NCBI GenBank assembly: GCA_963727775.1
Contig: CAVSHB010000003.1
Location: 160,001-224,000 of the forward strand
Length of the DNA: 64,000 nucleotides
Reading direction: 5' to 3'
Source: an uncultured Nitrospiraceae bacterium
Lineage (GTDB): Bacteria; Nitrospirota; Thermodesulfovibrionia; Thermodesulfovibrionales; SM23-35
The notes under the pieces were generated by a model. The model was not told the DNA's origin. It worked only from the letters and a program-made list of their open reading frames with translations, and did no database searches. The translations under genes and the position numbers were made by a program. This document shows, in pieces, positions 19,046-30,121 of this stretch (position 1 is its first letter; each line of letters starts with the position of its first letter).

Positions 19046-20487
19046 CAGTAGGGAAACTTAGAAGGATTGATGAAACAAAGATAGAGATTCCTGTTGATTA
19101 TAAACAGGGAATGAGGGTCAGGGGAATTATCTACGTTGACGAGGGATTGGAGAAGGAGCTCGAAACTCAATCAATCGATCAGGTAGCGAATGTAGCGACA
19201 TTGCCTGGAATCGTTCAAGCGGCGATGGCCATGCCTGATGTTCATACCGGATACGGCTTTGCAATAGGAGGGGTGGCGGCTTTTGATCTGAAGGAAGGGA
19301 TTGTCTCGCCGGGCGGCGTTGGTTACGATATAAACTGCGGGGTCCGCCTGCTCGGAAGCGACCTCCTGAGAGAAGATGTCCAGCCGAGGATGAAAGACCT
19401 CGTCAGTGTTTTATACAGTGAGGTCCCCTCGGGTGTCGGATCAAAGGGCAAGATACGGCTTGGACCCGATGATGAAAAAAGGATACTGTTGAAAGGCGCG
19501 CGCTGGGCGGTTGAGCAGGGTTTTGGAGATGCCGGCGATCTCGAAAAGACAGAATCAGGCGGATGCATGGACGGCGCTGAGCCTTTACTGATAAGCAATA
19601 AAGCTTATGAACGGGGCAGGTCACAGCAGGGCACGCTGGGTTCGGGCAACCATTTTTTGGAAGTTCAGTACATTGACGAGATATATGATGAAAAAGCGGC
19701 AAACAGCCTCGGGCTTTTTAAGGACCATGTTACCGTTATGATACATACTGGTTCCCGTGGATTCGGGCACCAGGTCTGCACAGATTTCCTTGAAGTCATG
19801 GAGAGAGCAGCAAATAAATATAAAATAGTGTTGCCCGATAAAGAGCTTGCATGCGCGCCTTTCGAAACGCCTGAAGCAAAAGATTATCTTGCAGCAATGA
19901 AGGCTGCAGCAAACTATGCATGGGCAAACAGGCAGTGTATCATGCACTGGGCGAGAGAAGCCTTTTATAAGGTGTTTGCATTATCGCCGGGAGAACTTGG
20001 GATGAAACTCATATACGATGTTGCGCACAATATTGCAAAGATCGAAGAACATATGGTTAACGGCAGGAAGATGAAACTTATTGTCCACCGAAAGGGGGCC
20101 ACAAGAGCATTTCCGCCGGGCCATCCCGAATTGCCCCTTATATACAGAACGATTGGACAACCTGTTTTAATCCCCGGAGATATGGGAAGGGCATCATATG
20201 TACTCCTTGGAACTGAAAAAGCCATGACAGAAACTTTCGGTTCAACCTGCCATGGTGCCGGTAGAATAATGTCAAGACATCAGGCGATAAAAAGGGCAAA
20301 GGGCCGAGCGATATGGAGAGAGATGGAGGCTAAAGGCATTATCGTCAGGTCCGCAGGCCGGGAGACCCTTGCTGAAGAGATGTCCGAAGCATATAAGGAC
20401 ATATCGAATGTCGTAGATGTAGTTCACAGAGCCGGGATATCAAAAAAGGTCGCGAGGCTAAGGCCGATGGGAGTAATTAAAGGATGA
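19042..20487 (+). CDS. rtcB: RNA ligase RtcB (archaeal/eukaryote-like clade)
   Basis: MPDVHTGYGFAIGG, GYDINCG, GTLGSGNHFLE, HTGSRG, HRKGATRA, STCHGAGR. Confidence 0.96.
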   Translation: MTVGKLRRIDETKIEIPVDYKQGMRVRGIIYVDEGLEKELETQSIDQVANVATLPGIVQAAMAMPDVHTGYGFAIGGVAAFDLKEGIVSPGGVGYDINCGVRLLGSDLLREDVQPRMKDLVSVLYSEVPSGVGSKGKIRLGPDDEKRILLKGARWAVEQGFGDAGDLEKTESGGCMDGAEPLLISNKAYERGRSQQGTLGSGNHFLEVQYIDEIYDEKAANSLGLFKDHVTVMIHTGSRGFGHQVCTDFLEVMERAANKYKIVLPDKELACAPFETPEAKDYLAAMKAAANYAWANRQCIMHWAREAFYKVFALSPGELGMKLIYDVAHNIAKIEEHMVNGRKMKLIVHRKGATRAFPPGHPELPLIYRTIGQPVLIPGDMGRASYVLLGTEKAMTETFGSTCHGAGRIMSRHQAIKRAKGRAIWREMEAKGIIVRSAGRETLAEEMSEAYKDISNVVDVVHRAGISKKVARLRPMGVIKG

Positions 20488-20498
20488 AGGTCGCTTGT

Positions 20499-21686
20499 CT
20501 ATTTTAATATCAGATATTCCACTACCGCTCCGCAAAAAATTACAATACACGCCGGGATCATCATCTTGTAAATCCCCCACATATCAGCTTTAAAATATTC
20601 TTTGGTCAGGATTAGGCATATATGTACAGGGGACAGAAGGACGCCGAGGAAGCCTGAGGCAAACGCGAAGGATATCGCGCCCATGGATGCGCTGCCTGCA
20701 ATACTTATGATTAAGGGGAACGTGCTGCCGACAAAACCCACAGTTATCCCGGTAAGCAACCCTGTTATAAACGGGAGAAGGAAAAGGATTGGGGACGCTG
20801 GAATCCCCTTGTGTATAAAAAACAGGCTCAGATTCGTAACGGCGCCTGAATTCTCCATTGCCTCTTTGAAAAACATAACACCGAGAATCAGTATAATCAC
20901 ATCAAACGCAAAACCGGCTTTCAGTATAGTGAATACAGATTTCAGCTTGTACCTGTAGAATAAAAACAGGAACGCAACCACAGCCATCAATGCGTAATGA
21001 AGTTCCAGATGGAGTATGACAACGAGGAGAAGCACGGCAAGTATAGGGGTGAAACTCCACAGTCCTCTTTTTGAAAGTTGTTCTGTCTTGATTGTACCCT
21101 TAAGACCGTGCATGGCAAAGATAAAGCCTGTTATCAACATAAAAACGGCATATGTGAGGTTTAGAGTAATGAGATGATAGATCTCTATCTTTGAAATGGC
21201 GGATGCAAGGAGGACCCCCGGATATAACGGCAATATATATTCCCACGGATGTCTGAACCAGTAGTTAATGAAACTTTTTTCTTCAGGGCTCATCTCTATG
21301 TCATGGGTCGTTTCGGCCACCATTGGAGCGGAAAAATAAGCGCCCCCAACCGACGGCATGAGACCTATCAGGAGGGGCATCGATATTGTAATAATCTTGC
21401 GGTTTTTAAATATCGTCTTTACAGCGGTCATCATTTCCGAAAGGACTGCGTGTTCCCTCAATATCATTTCAAAGATCTTAATCAAAGATAAAGCAAGGAT
21501 TAGCTTGATGGTAACATCGTTAACGACAGCGCCTTTACACGTCTTCAGTATTGAGGCAAACGGCATGCGGTAGAACACAAATAGTGCAAATGAGGCTATC
21601 AGCATTACAAGGCCGATATTTAGTTTCTTCCTAAGTAAGAATAATATGAGAGCGAAGACAAGCGAGATCTTTAATATATCCGCCAT
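20499..21686 (-). CDS. DUF401-like integral membrane protein / putative transporter
   Basis: GLMPSVGGAYFSAP, NYWFRHPWEY, LLSPVHICLILTKEYF; start likely MADILK. Confidence 0.75.
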   Translation of the reverse strand: MADILKISLVFALILFLLRKKLNIGLVMLIASFALFVFYRMPFASILKTCKGAVVNDVTIKLILALSLIKIFEMILREHAVLSEMMTAVKTIFKNRKIITISMPLLIGLMPSVGGAYFSAPMVAETTHDIEMSPEEKSFINYWFRHPWEYILPLYPGVLLASAISKIEIYHLITLNLTYAVFMLITGFIFAMHGLKGTIKTEQLSKRGLWSFTPILAVLLLVVILHLELHYALMAVVAFLFLFYRYKLKSVFTILKAGFAFDVIILILGVMFFKEAMENSGAVTNLSLFFIHKGIPASPILFLLPFITGLLTGITVGFVGSTFPLIISIAGSASMGAISFAFASGFLGVLLSPVHICLILTKEYFKADMWGIYKMMIPACIVIFCGAVVEYLILK

Positions 21687-22199
21687 TGAACATTGTAGCA
21701 CATTTGTTTCCTGCAGAAAGAAAATGCCGGGGACCGCCTTGGCACATTTAATCTACACCCTGTTGTAAAAATTATACATTTATCGGTAGAAAGCAGGTTG
21801 CACCAAAATCTCAATAAGATTACTCCGATGAATTTTTCATAATGATTTCAATATGTTTTAGGCTTCTTAGTCCTGAAGTTGACCTGTTATTGAAAACCTG
21901 GCCTTGTTTTTGCTTTTTGAAAGTGGGAGTTTGACAATTTTGTAAGATAGCGTATATATTTCTTGACAAAATTGCCTGAGTAATGATATAAATGGGACAA
22001 TATTTTTATTTGAAAACAAAAGCTTAATTCTTATATATTGTTTTGGATGACTAAAGGCTCTCATTGAGAGTCAATAACCTTTGAAGGGGAGGTGATAAAA
22101 GGAAGATTAAAGAGATTACATGATACATAGTAGCAGAGCCGCCTTTGGCGGTATGGAAAGAGTATGGTGACTCTGAAATATTAAAAGGAGGGTTAGCAA

Positions 22200-23720
22200 G
22201 TGAAGAAATTTCTGGTAATAGTTTTAAGTGTGCTTTTTATACTAAGTTTTACAGTCACAGCCTTTGCTATCCATGAAGAGATGCCGCCCGACGAGGCAGT
22301 AGTAGCAAAGGGTCCGGCAAAGATAGTACTGGGGGGCAAGATAATAGAAAGAGGTTGGTATTTCGACGGTGTCGATGCAAACGCGATGCCGGCAATGCCT
22401 AATGGAACAGCTGTAGCTGATGGTGGCACTGGAACCGGTAGTCATTCCGAAGCACTGTATACAACAAATGCATACTTTACAGTGAACGCAAAGATCAGCG
22501 ACAACATCCAGGGCTTCATGGAGCTCGAAACATCAAACGCCGGCTCGGACAACAGCGGCGTAGCATACTGGGGTCAGTATGATTCAAAACCGAATTCCGA
22601 CCTTCGCTTCCGCCAGTTATGGATGCAGTATACCGGCTCGGGCCTTCTTGGAATTCCCGCGGGTATTAAGGCCGGTCATATGCCGATAACACTCGGTGAA
22701 AAGCAGTTCCTGAATAATGAGAGATTCGGCGATGACGCTATCCTTTTATGGATTGACCCGACAAAAGAAATGCACCTGGTTGCCGGAACAACAAAGCTCG
22801 TTGAGAGCTCTGCTCTCTCTATCGGCAACATAGACCATGCCCAAGATCTCGACGGGTATGTATTAGTTTTTACTTATATGCTCGACAAAGACAACACCAT
22901 CGGCGCCAACTGGACCTGGGCGCATAGCGATTCCAATATCCCGTCTTTAGCAGAAACTGCAGCAGGACTTGGGGTCGCTACCGTCGATACAGTTAATTTC
23001 CACAATATCGGTGTGCACGGACACGGGAACGTATCAGGACTCAGTTACGCTGCTGAGGCTGATTTTCAGTTCGGTACAGCAAAAGAGCTCCTGGGCGGTG
23101 ACGATGTAAAATTCGGCGGCTGGGGAGTGTTCGCAAAATTAGGTTACATGATCGATCCCGTAAACCTGAGGGCAGCATTTGCAATGGGTAGCGGTGACAA
23201 CGGGGATGACTCCAGCAAAATCAAGGAATTCCAGACCCTTCAGGGTACAGATGCAACCGGCGCTATCGCAAGGTTACCGCATTACACCCTTATTTATGAG
23301 CGCCTCGTAAGGACAGCTGCTGCAGAGGCATTGCTTACAACTTTCTCTGGCGGTAATATCAGGACGACCGGTATCGCCAATACCACTTATTACAACCTCG
23401 GCTTTGATGTGAACCCGATGAAAGAGCTCGCTTTATCTCTTGATGGCTACTACCTAAGGGCAACAAAGACCGGAATGTTCGGTGACGATGTATCAAAGAA
23501 CCTTGGATGGGAAGTTGACGGAAAGCTGAACTATAAGATCGCGAAGAACCTTTCCTATTTCGTGGAAGCCGGCATGTTCTTCCCCGGCAAGTTCTATAGC
23601 GACGGTACCTTCTATTCGACATCTCAAATAGCGGGTGTAATTAATGGTGATAGCCCGCTCGATCCTATCCAGAAAAAGACTGTTACCATGGCAGTCCACG
23701 GGTTGTTACTCGAATTCTAA
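22200..23720 (+). CDS. Outer-membrane beta-barrel porin (alginate-export-like)
   Basis: Signal peptide, alternating beta-strand pattern, LGWEVDGKLNYKI, terminal Phe; strong RBS and own terminator. Confidence 0.8.
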   Translation: MKKFLVIVLSVLFILSFTVTAFAIHEEMPPDEAVVAKGPAKIVLGGKIIERGWYFDGVDANAMPAMPNGTAVADGGTGTGSHSEALYTTNAYFTVNAKISDNIQGFMELETSNAGSDNSGVAYWGQYDSKPNSDLRFRQLWMQYTGSGLLGIPAGIKAGHMPITLGEKQFLNNERFGDDAILLWIDPTKEMHLVAGTTKLVESSALSIGNIDHAQDLDGYVLVFTYMLDKDNTIGANWTWAHSDSNIPSLAETAAGLGVATVDTVNFHNIGVHGHGNVSGLSYAAEADFQFGTAKELLGGDDVKFGGWGVFAKLGYMIDPVNLRAAFAMGSGDNGDDSSKIKEFQTLQGTDATGAIARLPHYTLIYERLVRTAAAEALLTTFSGGNIRTTGIANTTYYNLGFDVNPMKELALSLDGYYLRATKTGMFGDDVSKNLGWEVDGKLNYKIAKNLSYFVEAGMFFPGKFYSDGTFYSTSQIAGVINGDSPLDPIQKKTVTMAVHGLLLEF

Positions 23721-23740
23721 ATCAGTAAGAATATGATTTT

Positions 23741-23768
23741 AAAAAGGCGGCCTTCGGGCCGCCTTTTT
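23741..23768 (+). terminator. Rho-independent terminator
   Basis: AAAAAGGCGGCC-TTCG-GGCCGCCTTTTT. Confidence 0.92.
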
Positions 23769-23847
23769 ATTTGGCATTCAGCCCCTATTTTTGTTACACT
23801 TAATTAGTCTACTTTTTAGAAATTCATTCTGAGTATTATTTATTTCT

Positions 23848-24846
23848 ATGACTTACAGAAAAATCCTGGGCGAATTCAAGAAAAAGAAGATACTCGTTGT
23901 CGGAGATTTGATACTTGACCGCTATATCTGGGGCAGGGTAAGCAGGATATCTCCGGAAGCGCCTGTGCCCATTGTTGAGGTAACAGACGAGAATTATCTC
24001 CTGGGCGGCGCCTCAAATGTGGCGAACAATATAGTCGCGCTTGGCGGACACGCGACAATAGTCGGGATTGCCGGAAACGACAGGGGCGGTGAAATCCTCG
24101 GGAAGATGCTTGAGGAAAAAGGCATACAATGTGAAGGTGTTTTTTGGAGTTCAAGGCCGACAACAGTAAAGACGCGGGTGATCGCCCATAGCCAGCAGGT
24201 CGTAAGGTTCGACAGGGAGAGCAGGGACAAGGTTGATGGGAAAGTTCTTGCCGGGCTCCTGAATTTTATACGCAGCAGGATACCGGAGCATGACGCCGTC
24301 ATCATCTCCGATTATAAGAAGGGAATAGTTTCCTCGGAACTTATAAGAACGGTACTGAAACAGACAAGGCCGAGGAAAATATTTACTGCCGTTGATCCGA
24401 AAGTAAGCCATTTCCACTGCTATAAAAATGTCTCGCTTATTACCCCAAATACTTTGGAGGCGTCATTGGCCTCGGGGATAGACATTAAAGATGAGAACTC
24501 TTTGTTGAATGCCGGAAAAGTCCTCTTAAGGAAGTTGTCATGTGATGCGGTGCTTATTACCCGCGGTGAGCACGGCATGGCCCTCTTCAGTAGGGACAAG
24601 GCTGTGCACATTCCCACTGCAGCAAAAAATGTTTATGATGTCACAGGGGCAGGGGACACTGTAATCGCTGCTTTTACGGTTGCATATGCCGCAGGAGCTG
24701 AGATGACAAAGTCGGCGATTATTGCAAATCATGCGGCAGGCATAGTTGTCGGTGAAGTCGGCACCGCAAGCGTAACTCAAGACCAATTGCTCAAATCGCT
24801 CAATACGGAAAGCGGATTAAAAATAAGAGAATCCCTTTTTACCTGA
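23848..24846 (+). CDS. rfaE1: D-glycero-beta-D-manno-heptose-7-phosphate kinase (HldA/RfaE1)
   Basis: GDLILDRY, RISPEAPVP, SDYKKG, LITPN, YDVTGAGDTV. Confidence 0.93.
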   Translation: MTYRKILGEFKKKKILVVGDLILDRYIWGRVSRISPEAPVPIVEVTDENYLLGGASNVANNIVALGGHATIVGIAGNDRGGEILGKMLEEKGIQCEGVFWSSRPTTVKTRVIAHSQQVVRFDRESRDKVDGKVLAGLLNFIRSRIPEHDAVIISDYKKGIVSSELIRTVLKQTRPRKIFTAVDPKVSHFHCYKNVSLITPNTLEASLASGIDIKDENSLLNAGKVLLRKLSCDAVLITRGEHGMALFSRDKAVHIPTAAKNVYDVTGAGDTVIAAFTVAYAAGAEMTKSAIIANHAAGIVVGEVGTASVTQDQLLKSLNTESGLKIRESLFT

Positions 24847-24862
24847 GCATATCCATTCTGCT

Positions 24863-25894
24863 ATGACCAAAGCTATCGCATTATTTTCAGGTGGACTTGA
24901 CAGTTCGCTTGCAATTCTGACCGTCCTCAAACAGGGAATCGTTGTTAAAGCAATAAAATTCGGGACGCCCTTTGATTGTGACATGACCGGCAAATCGTCT
25001 GTTTTGAAAAATCAGATTTTTTCTTTGCAGGGGCGCTGTTTTGAGTCGGAATTTTATGACCTTGGCGAGGAGTTTCTTACCATTGTGAAAAATCCAAAAC
25101 ATGGTCATGGGAAAAACATGAACCCATGTATTGACTGCAGAATACTGATGCTTAAGAAAGCAAAAGAGTTTATGAACAGTAATGAAGCAGCCTTCATCTT
25201 AACGGGCGAGGTGCTCGGCCAGAGGCCGATGAGCCAGAAAAAGGATATGCTTTATCATATCGACAAAGAAGCCGGGGTTACGGATTATGTTTTGAGGCCC
25301 CTAAGCGCTAAGTTCCTGCGTTTTACTGTTCCCGAAGCGAAGGGGCATATCCGAAGGGAGCTGCTTTACGGCTTTAGCGGGCGTTCACGGAAGCCGCAGA
25401 TGGCATTGGCACTGGATTTCGGATTAACGGATTATCCTTCGCCGGCAGGAGGATGTCTTCTTACAGAACCGACTTATGCGCACAGGCTTAAAGACCTGCT
25501 GACTTTTGATTCTGATCCATCTATGAGGGATATTGATCTATTGAGGGTAGGAAGACACTTCAGATTTTCTCCTTTGTGCAAGATCATCATAGGGAGGGAT
25601 GAGTCTGAAAATGAGATCATCGAATCCTTAGTCGCAGACAAAGATTGCCTCTTAAGGGTCGAGGGATACGGAAGCCCGGTAACACTGGTAACAGGTGAAA
25701 TCAACGATGAAGCGATAAAACTCGCAGCCTCTCTATGTGCGCGCTATTCGGATGCAAAAAATACTTTTGAAGTCGAAGCCGTAGTTATGCGCAGTGGACC
25801 TGCATTAAAACTAAAGGTCTCGCCTGCCGACAATGAAGTGATTGGAGCCTTAAGGATAGAGCGAAGAAAAGCTGAAAAGATTCCTACAGCCTGA
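24863..25894 (+). CDS. PP-loop tRNA thiolase-like protein (ThiI/MnmA-like)
   Basis: SGGLDS PP-loop, [27 protein letters not shown]. Confidence 0.75.
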   Translation: MTKAIALFSGGLDSSLAILTVLKQGIVVKAIKFGTPFDCDMTGKSSVLKNQIFSLQGRCFESEFYDLGEEFLTIVKNPKHGHGKNMNPCIDCRILMLKKAKEFMNSNEAAFILTGEVLGQRPMSQKKDMLYHIDKEAGVTDYVLRPLSAKFLRFTVPEAKGHIRRELLYGFSGRSRKPQMALALDFGLTDYPSPAGGCLLTEPTYAHRLKDLLTFDSDPSMRDIDLLRVGRHFRFSPLCKIIIGRDESENEIIESLVADKDCLLRVEGYGSPVTLVTGEINDEAIKLAASLCARYSDAKNTFEVEAVVMRSGPALKLKVSPADNEVIGALRIERRKAEKIPTA

Positions 25895-26723
25895 TAGGAA
25901 TGCCTTTTTCTCTCAGATATTGTTTTGCTTCTTTAACTGTGTACTCCCTGTAATGGAATATCGATGCCGCGAGAGCAGCGTCTGCCTTTCCCTCTGATAA
26001 TGCTTCATAAAGATGTTCGAGTGTTCCCGCCCCTCCGGAAGCAATAACCGGGATAGTAACAGCCTCGGATATGGTACGCGTCAATTCAATATCGTAGCCG
26101 TCTTTTGTTCCGTCCTTATCCATGCTGGTCAGCATAATCTCACCAGCCCCGAATTCTTCCATTTTTTTTGCCCACCGGACGGCGTCTATAAGCTTCATCT
26201 GTCTGCCGCCATGACTGGATATGGCCCAGCTCAATGTATTAGCAGGTACTTGAAGACACACATCCTTCAACAAACGGTCATCAAACCAGCCTTCATCGGT
26301 CGCACCGGACATATCTACGGGAACTCTTTTAGCGTCGATTGCGATAACGATGCACTGGCTGCCGAATCTTTCGGCGGCCCTACTGATAAAATAGGGATCT
26401 TTTACAGCGGTAGTATTGATCGAAACCTTGTCACATCCGGCGTTCAGAAGGTCTCGTATATCCTCAAGGGACTTAATCCCCCCCCCGACCGTAAGTGGCA
26501 TAAATACGTCTTCTGCTGTTCTCATAACAACATCCAGGATTATCTTTCTTTTTTCGTGGGAAGCAGTGATATCAAGGAATATAAGCTCGTCGGCGCCCTG
26601 GTCATCATAGAACCTTGCGTTTTCAACAGGATCACCCGCATCCCGCAGGTTTACAAAGCTCACTCCCTTGACAACCCGGCCGTCTTTGACATCAAGGCAA
26701 GGTATTATTCGTTTGGATAACAT
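25884..26723 (-). CDS. hisF: Imidazole glycerol phosphate synthase cyclase subunit
   Basis: [39 protein letters not shown]. Confidence 0.97.
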   Translation of the reverse strand: MLSKRIIPCLDVKDGRVVKGVSFVNLRDAGDPVENARFYDDQGADELIFLDITASHEKRKIILDVVMRTAEDVFMPLTVGGGIKSLEDIRDLLNAGCDKVSINTTAVKDPYFISRAAERFGSQCIVIAIDAKRVPVDMSGATDEGWFDDRLLKDVCLQVPANTLSWAISSHGGRQMKLIDAVRWAKKMEEFGAGEIMLTSMDKDGTKDGYDIELTRTISEAVTIPVIASGGAGTLEHLYEALSEGKADAALAASIFHYREYTVKEAKQYLREKGIPIRL

Positions 26724-27445
26724 CTTTCTCCCGCTGCAATTTTCAGTGCTTCTTTAAGATCAAGCACTCCTGAATAAATCGCCTTCCCCGTTATTACTCC
26801 CCAGAGATTCTTTATCTTCATAAGATTCTTTATGTCCTCTATGCCCGAGACCCCTCCGGAGGCAATTACAGGTATGTGAACGCTTTCAACCATTTCACGT
26901 GTTGCCTCAACATTCGGGCCTGAAAGCATGCCGTCCCTGTTTATATCGGTATAAATGATACCAGCCGTACCCATAATCTCTAAACGGCGGGCCAATTCCT
27001 TTGCATTGATTGATGTAACCTTTGCCCAGCCCCTGATAGCGACCATTCCTTCTTTGGCATCGATGCCGATTAAAACTTTCCCGGGATATTTTCTGCATGA
27101 AGACGTTAAAAATTCAGGGTCCTCTATTGCAGCGGTCCCTATAATAATTCTGTCAATGCCTGCAGAGAGCAGGTTCATAATGTTACCTATGCTCCGTATG
27201 CCGCCCCCCACCTGCAAAGCAATCTTTACGGACTGTCTGATCTTTATTATCGCATTAAGATTTTTCTGGCTGCCGGTAAACGCGCCGTCGAGATCAACGA
27301 TATGAAGGAGTTTTGCCCCGTAGGATTCCCATTGTTTGGCTGCATTCGCAGGGTTATTCGAATAAACTGTTACAGCGTCTTTTTTCCCCTGAACGAGTCT
27401 CACACAATTGCCGTCTTTTAAATCTATCGCTGGAATAACGATCAT
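26705..27445 (-). CDS. hisA: ProFAR isomerase HisA
   Basis: [44 protein letters not shown]. Confidence 0.96.
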   Translation of the reverse strand: MIVIPAIDLKDGNCVRLVQGKKDAVTVYSNNPANAAKQWESYGAKLLHIVDLDGAFTGSQKNLNAIIKIRQSVKIALQVGGGIRSIGNIMNLLSAGIDRIIIGTAAIEDPEFLTSSCRKYPGKVLIGIDAKEGMVAIRGWAKVTSINAKELARRLEIMGTAGIIYTDINRDGMLSGPNVEATREMVESVHIPVIASGGVSGIEDIKNLMKIKNLWGVITGKAIYSGVLDLKEALKIAAGERCYPNE

Positions 27446-27472
27446 AAATTAATATAACATAAAGAAAAGCGG

Positions 27473-28318
27473 ATGCGGATGAAACGCAGCAAAAATATAA
27501 GAACAATCTTCCTTAACACCTATCCCTTTAGTGAAGGGTGGCATCCGGAGAAATGCGGTTGTCAAATTGTAAAAATCTCCCATTTATGGATAAACATATG
27601 CCTCATCCTATGTTTCTTCCTGGCGGCTTTACCGGAAGCCCTTGCTGAGCCTTTTAAAATACCTGAAAAATTTGTTTATGATCTCACCTGGACGGGGATT
27701 AAGGCAGGAACGGCATCACTCGAACTCATAAATGACGGGAATGCGGTTAAAATTATTTCAACAGCAAGATCGGCAAAATGGGTCTCTTTTTTTTATACCG
27801 TTGATGATAGAGTGGAAAGTGTCCTTTCGACAAACTCTTCTTTGTCGCAGCTTGGCAGGCCGGTAAAATACAGGCTTAGGGTGAGAGAGGGCAGGCACAG
27901 GAAGGACAAAGAGGTTGCCTTTGACCGTAATAACAATAAGGCAAAATATGTGGATTATCTCAGCAACGAAAAAAGAGAGTTTGATGTTCCCGTTTCCGTT
28001 CTCGACCCGATATCAAGTTTTTACTATCTAAGATTAATGAAGCTCGTTGTCGGTGAATCCGTTTATGTAACCATTTTCGACAGCAAAAAAGTCTGGAATG
28101 TCGAGGTGCAGGTATTAAAAAAAGAAAAAGTCACACTCCCCATAGGTACATTCAATACGATCGTGGTCAAACCGCTAATGAAATCAGAAGGCATATTTTC
28201 GAGGAAAGGTGAAATCTGCATCTGGCTCACCGATGATTTGAAACATGTCCCTGTCAAGCTGCAGACAAAGGTAGCGGTCGGCTCTGTCACCGCGACACTC
28301 GTCCAGGCCGTTTATTAA
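27473..28318 (+). CDS. DUF3108-like exported protein
   Basis: EKFVYDLTWTGIKAG, LDPISSFYYLR, IWLTDDLKHVPVK; start uncertain. Confidence 0.75.
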   Translation: MRMKRSKNIRTIFLNTYPFSEGWHPEKCGCQIVKISHLWINICLILCFFLAALPEALAEPFKIPEKFVYDLTWTGIKAGTASLELINDGNAVKIISTARSAKWVSFFYTVDDRVESVLSTNSSLSQLGRPVKYRLRVREGRHRKDKEVAFDRNNNKAKYVDYLSNEKREFDVPVSVLDPISSFYYLRLMKLVVGESVYVTIFDSKKVWNVEVQVLKKEKVTLPIGTFNTIVVKPLMKSEGIFSRKGEICIWLTDDLKHVPVKLQTKVAVGSVTATLVQAVY

Positions 28319-28378
28319 GCTATCGCGCAGCCCGGTTCACTTTTTTATAATCAATACAATCGTTTATACTATTAAACT

Positions 28379-30088
28379 ATGCATGTTCTGAAGAAGCTCA
28401 AAGAACTTACAAAGCCATATTGGCAGAGGATTTTCGGCGGAATCATTTTGAGCCTCATAGTTTCCGGATTGACCGCCGCTATTGCCTGGTCCATAAAACC
28501 GGCAATCGATGAGATAATAGTCGGCAAAAAATACGAATTCTTTCCGCTTCTCGCGATTGGTGTTTTCCTGCTCTTTTCGATAAAAGGCGGTGTAACTTTC
28601 TTCCAGATATATCTTATGAGGTCAGCCGGGATGAAGCTGGTGCGGGATATGAGAAATGAGTTGCACAGCCATATCCTTTCTCTGCCGGTCGGATATTTTA
28701 ACAGAGAGTCGTCCGGAGTGATCGTATCAAGGGTCATGCTGGACGCGGATGCGCTGAATGTGCTCGTTTCCGATGTCTTCAAAACTTTTATAGTTGAAGC
28801 GCCGACTGTTATTTTCTTACTCGGTGTCGCTTTTTACAGGAAATGGGACCTGACGTTAGTGAGTCTTATTTTATTGCCTTTAATTGCTTACAGCACAAGA
28901 AGATTCGGTAAAGGAATAAAAAGCAAGAGGAAAGAGGCCCAGAGAAAACTGTCTTTTCTTACACATAGAATTAACGAAAGTATTTTCGGAGCGCGCATAA
29001 TTAAAGTCTTCAATCGTGAAGCAACAATGGAAGAAAAATTTAAAGAAGAAAACCATAGATATTATAGGGAGTTCTTGCGGGTAATAAGATTGAGGGAATT
29101 TACCAAACTTGCCATCGATTTGGTTACGGGATCCGGGCTTGCTGCGGTTTTAGCATACGGAGGTTTTATGATCAAAAGCGGAACGATAACCACTGGCGAT
29201 TTTGGATCGATGATCGCAGCTATTTATTTTATGTTTTCTCCCATTAAAAAACTTGGGGAGGCTTATAGTATCTTGCAGGAATCGAGGGCATCAATTGAAA
29301 GAATAGAGACGTTGCAGAATGCGGAGCCGGAAACAAAAGGCCGGATTCCGTTAAATAGATTCAGCAAAGCCATAAAATTCGAAAATGTCTCTTTCGGTTT
29401 CCCCGGGAACAATGTGCCGGTACTGACGGATGTGAATCTGGAGATAAAAAGCGGTGAAGTCATTGCCATAGTGGGACGGAGTGGGGTAGGAAAATCGACC
29501 CTTGTTGATATGATCCCGAAATTCCATGTCCCTTCGAGCGGTACTTTGACCATAGACGGGATCGATATTCGTGAAATTGAACTGCATTCTCTCAGACAGC
29601 ATATAGGCATTGTAAGTCAGGACATCATTCTTTTTAACGACACGGTAAAGGAAAATATAGCCTTCGGTAAAGAAGGGGCTTCGGAAGCTGAGATTATCGA
29701 GGCAGCCGGGATGGCGTATGCCGATGAATTTATTCGACAACTGCCCGAAAAATACGACACCGTTATCGGAGACAGGGGACTGAAACTGTCAGGCGGGCAG
29801 CGTCAGCGGATAGCTATTGCGCGCGCAATCCTGAAAAACCCGCCCATATTGATCCTTGATGAGGCGACCTCATCTCTTGATTCCGTTTCGGAAGCTCTAG
29901 TTCAGAATGCGCTCGATGTATTGATGAAAGGAAGGACAACGATCGTAATCGCACACAGGCTTTCGACCATTAAGTATGCCGACAGGATACTGATAATCGA
30001 AAAAGGAAAGATAGAAGATGTGGGCAAGCACGAAGAACTTATTTCCAGGAATTTGACATACAGAGAACTCTATAATGTCTTACTGTAG
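28379..30088 (+). CDS. msbA: Lipid A export ABC transporter (MsbA-like)
   Basis: Fused TMD-NBD, GRSGVGKST, LSGGQRQRIAIARA; LPS gene context. Confidence 0.82.
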   Translation: MHVLKKLKELTKPYWQRIFGGIILSLIVSGLTAAIAWSIKPAIDEIIVGKKYEFFPLLAIGVFLLFSIKGGVTFFQIYLMRSAGMKLVRDMRNELHSHILSLPVGYFNRESSGVIVSRVMLDADALNVLVSDVFKTFIVEAPTVIFLLGVAFYRKWDLTLVSLILLPLIAYSTRRFGKGIKSKRKEAQRKLSFLTHRINESIFGARIIKVFNREATMEEKFKEENHRYYREFLRVIRLREFTKLAIDLVTGSGLAAVLAYGGFMIKSGTITTGDFGSMIAAIYFMFSPIKKLGEAYSILQESRASIERIETLQNAEPETKGRIPLNRFSKAIKFENVSFGFPGNNVPVLTDVNLEIKSGEVIAIVGRSGVGKSTLVDMIPKFHVPSSGTLTIDGIDIREIELHSLRQHIGIVSQDIILFNDTVKENIAFGKEGASEAEIIEAAGMAYADEFIRQLPEKYDTVIGDRGLKLSGGQRQRIAIARAILKNPPILILDEATSSLDSVSEALVQNALDVLMKGRTTIVIAHRLSTIKYADRILIIEKGKIEDVGKHEELISRNLTYRELYNVLL

Positions 30089-30121
30089 CTTGTTCGGGTT
30101 ATTTCTGAACGGAGGCGATTT

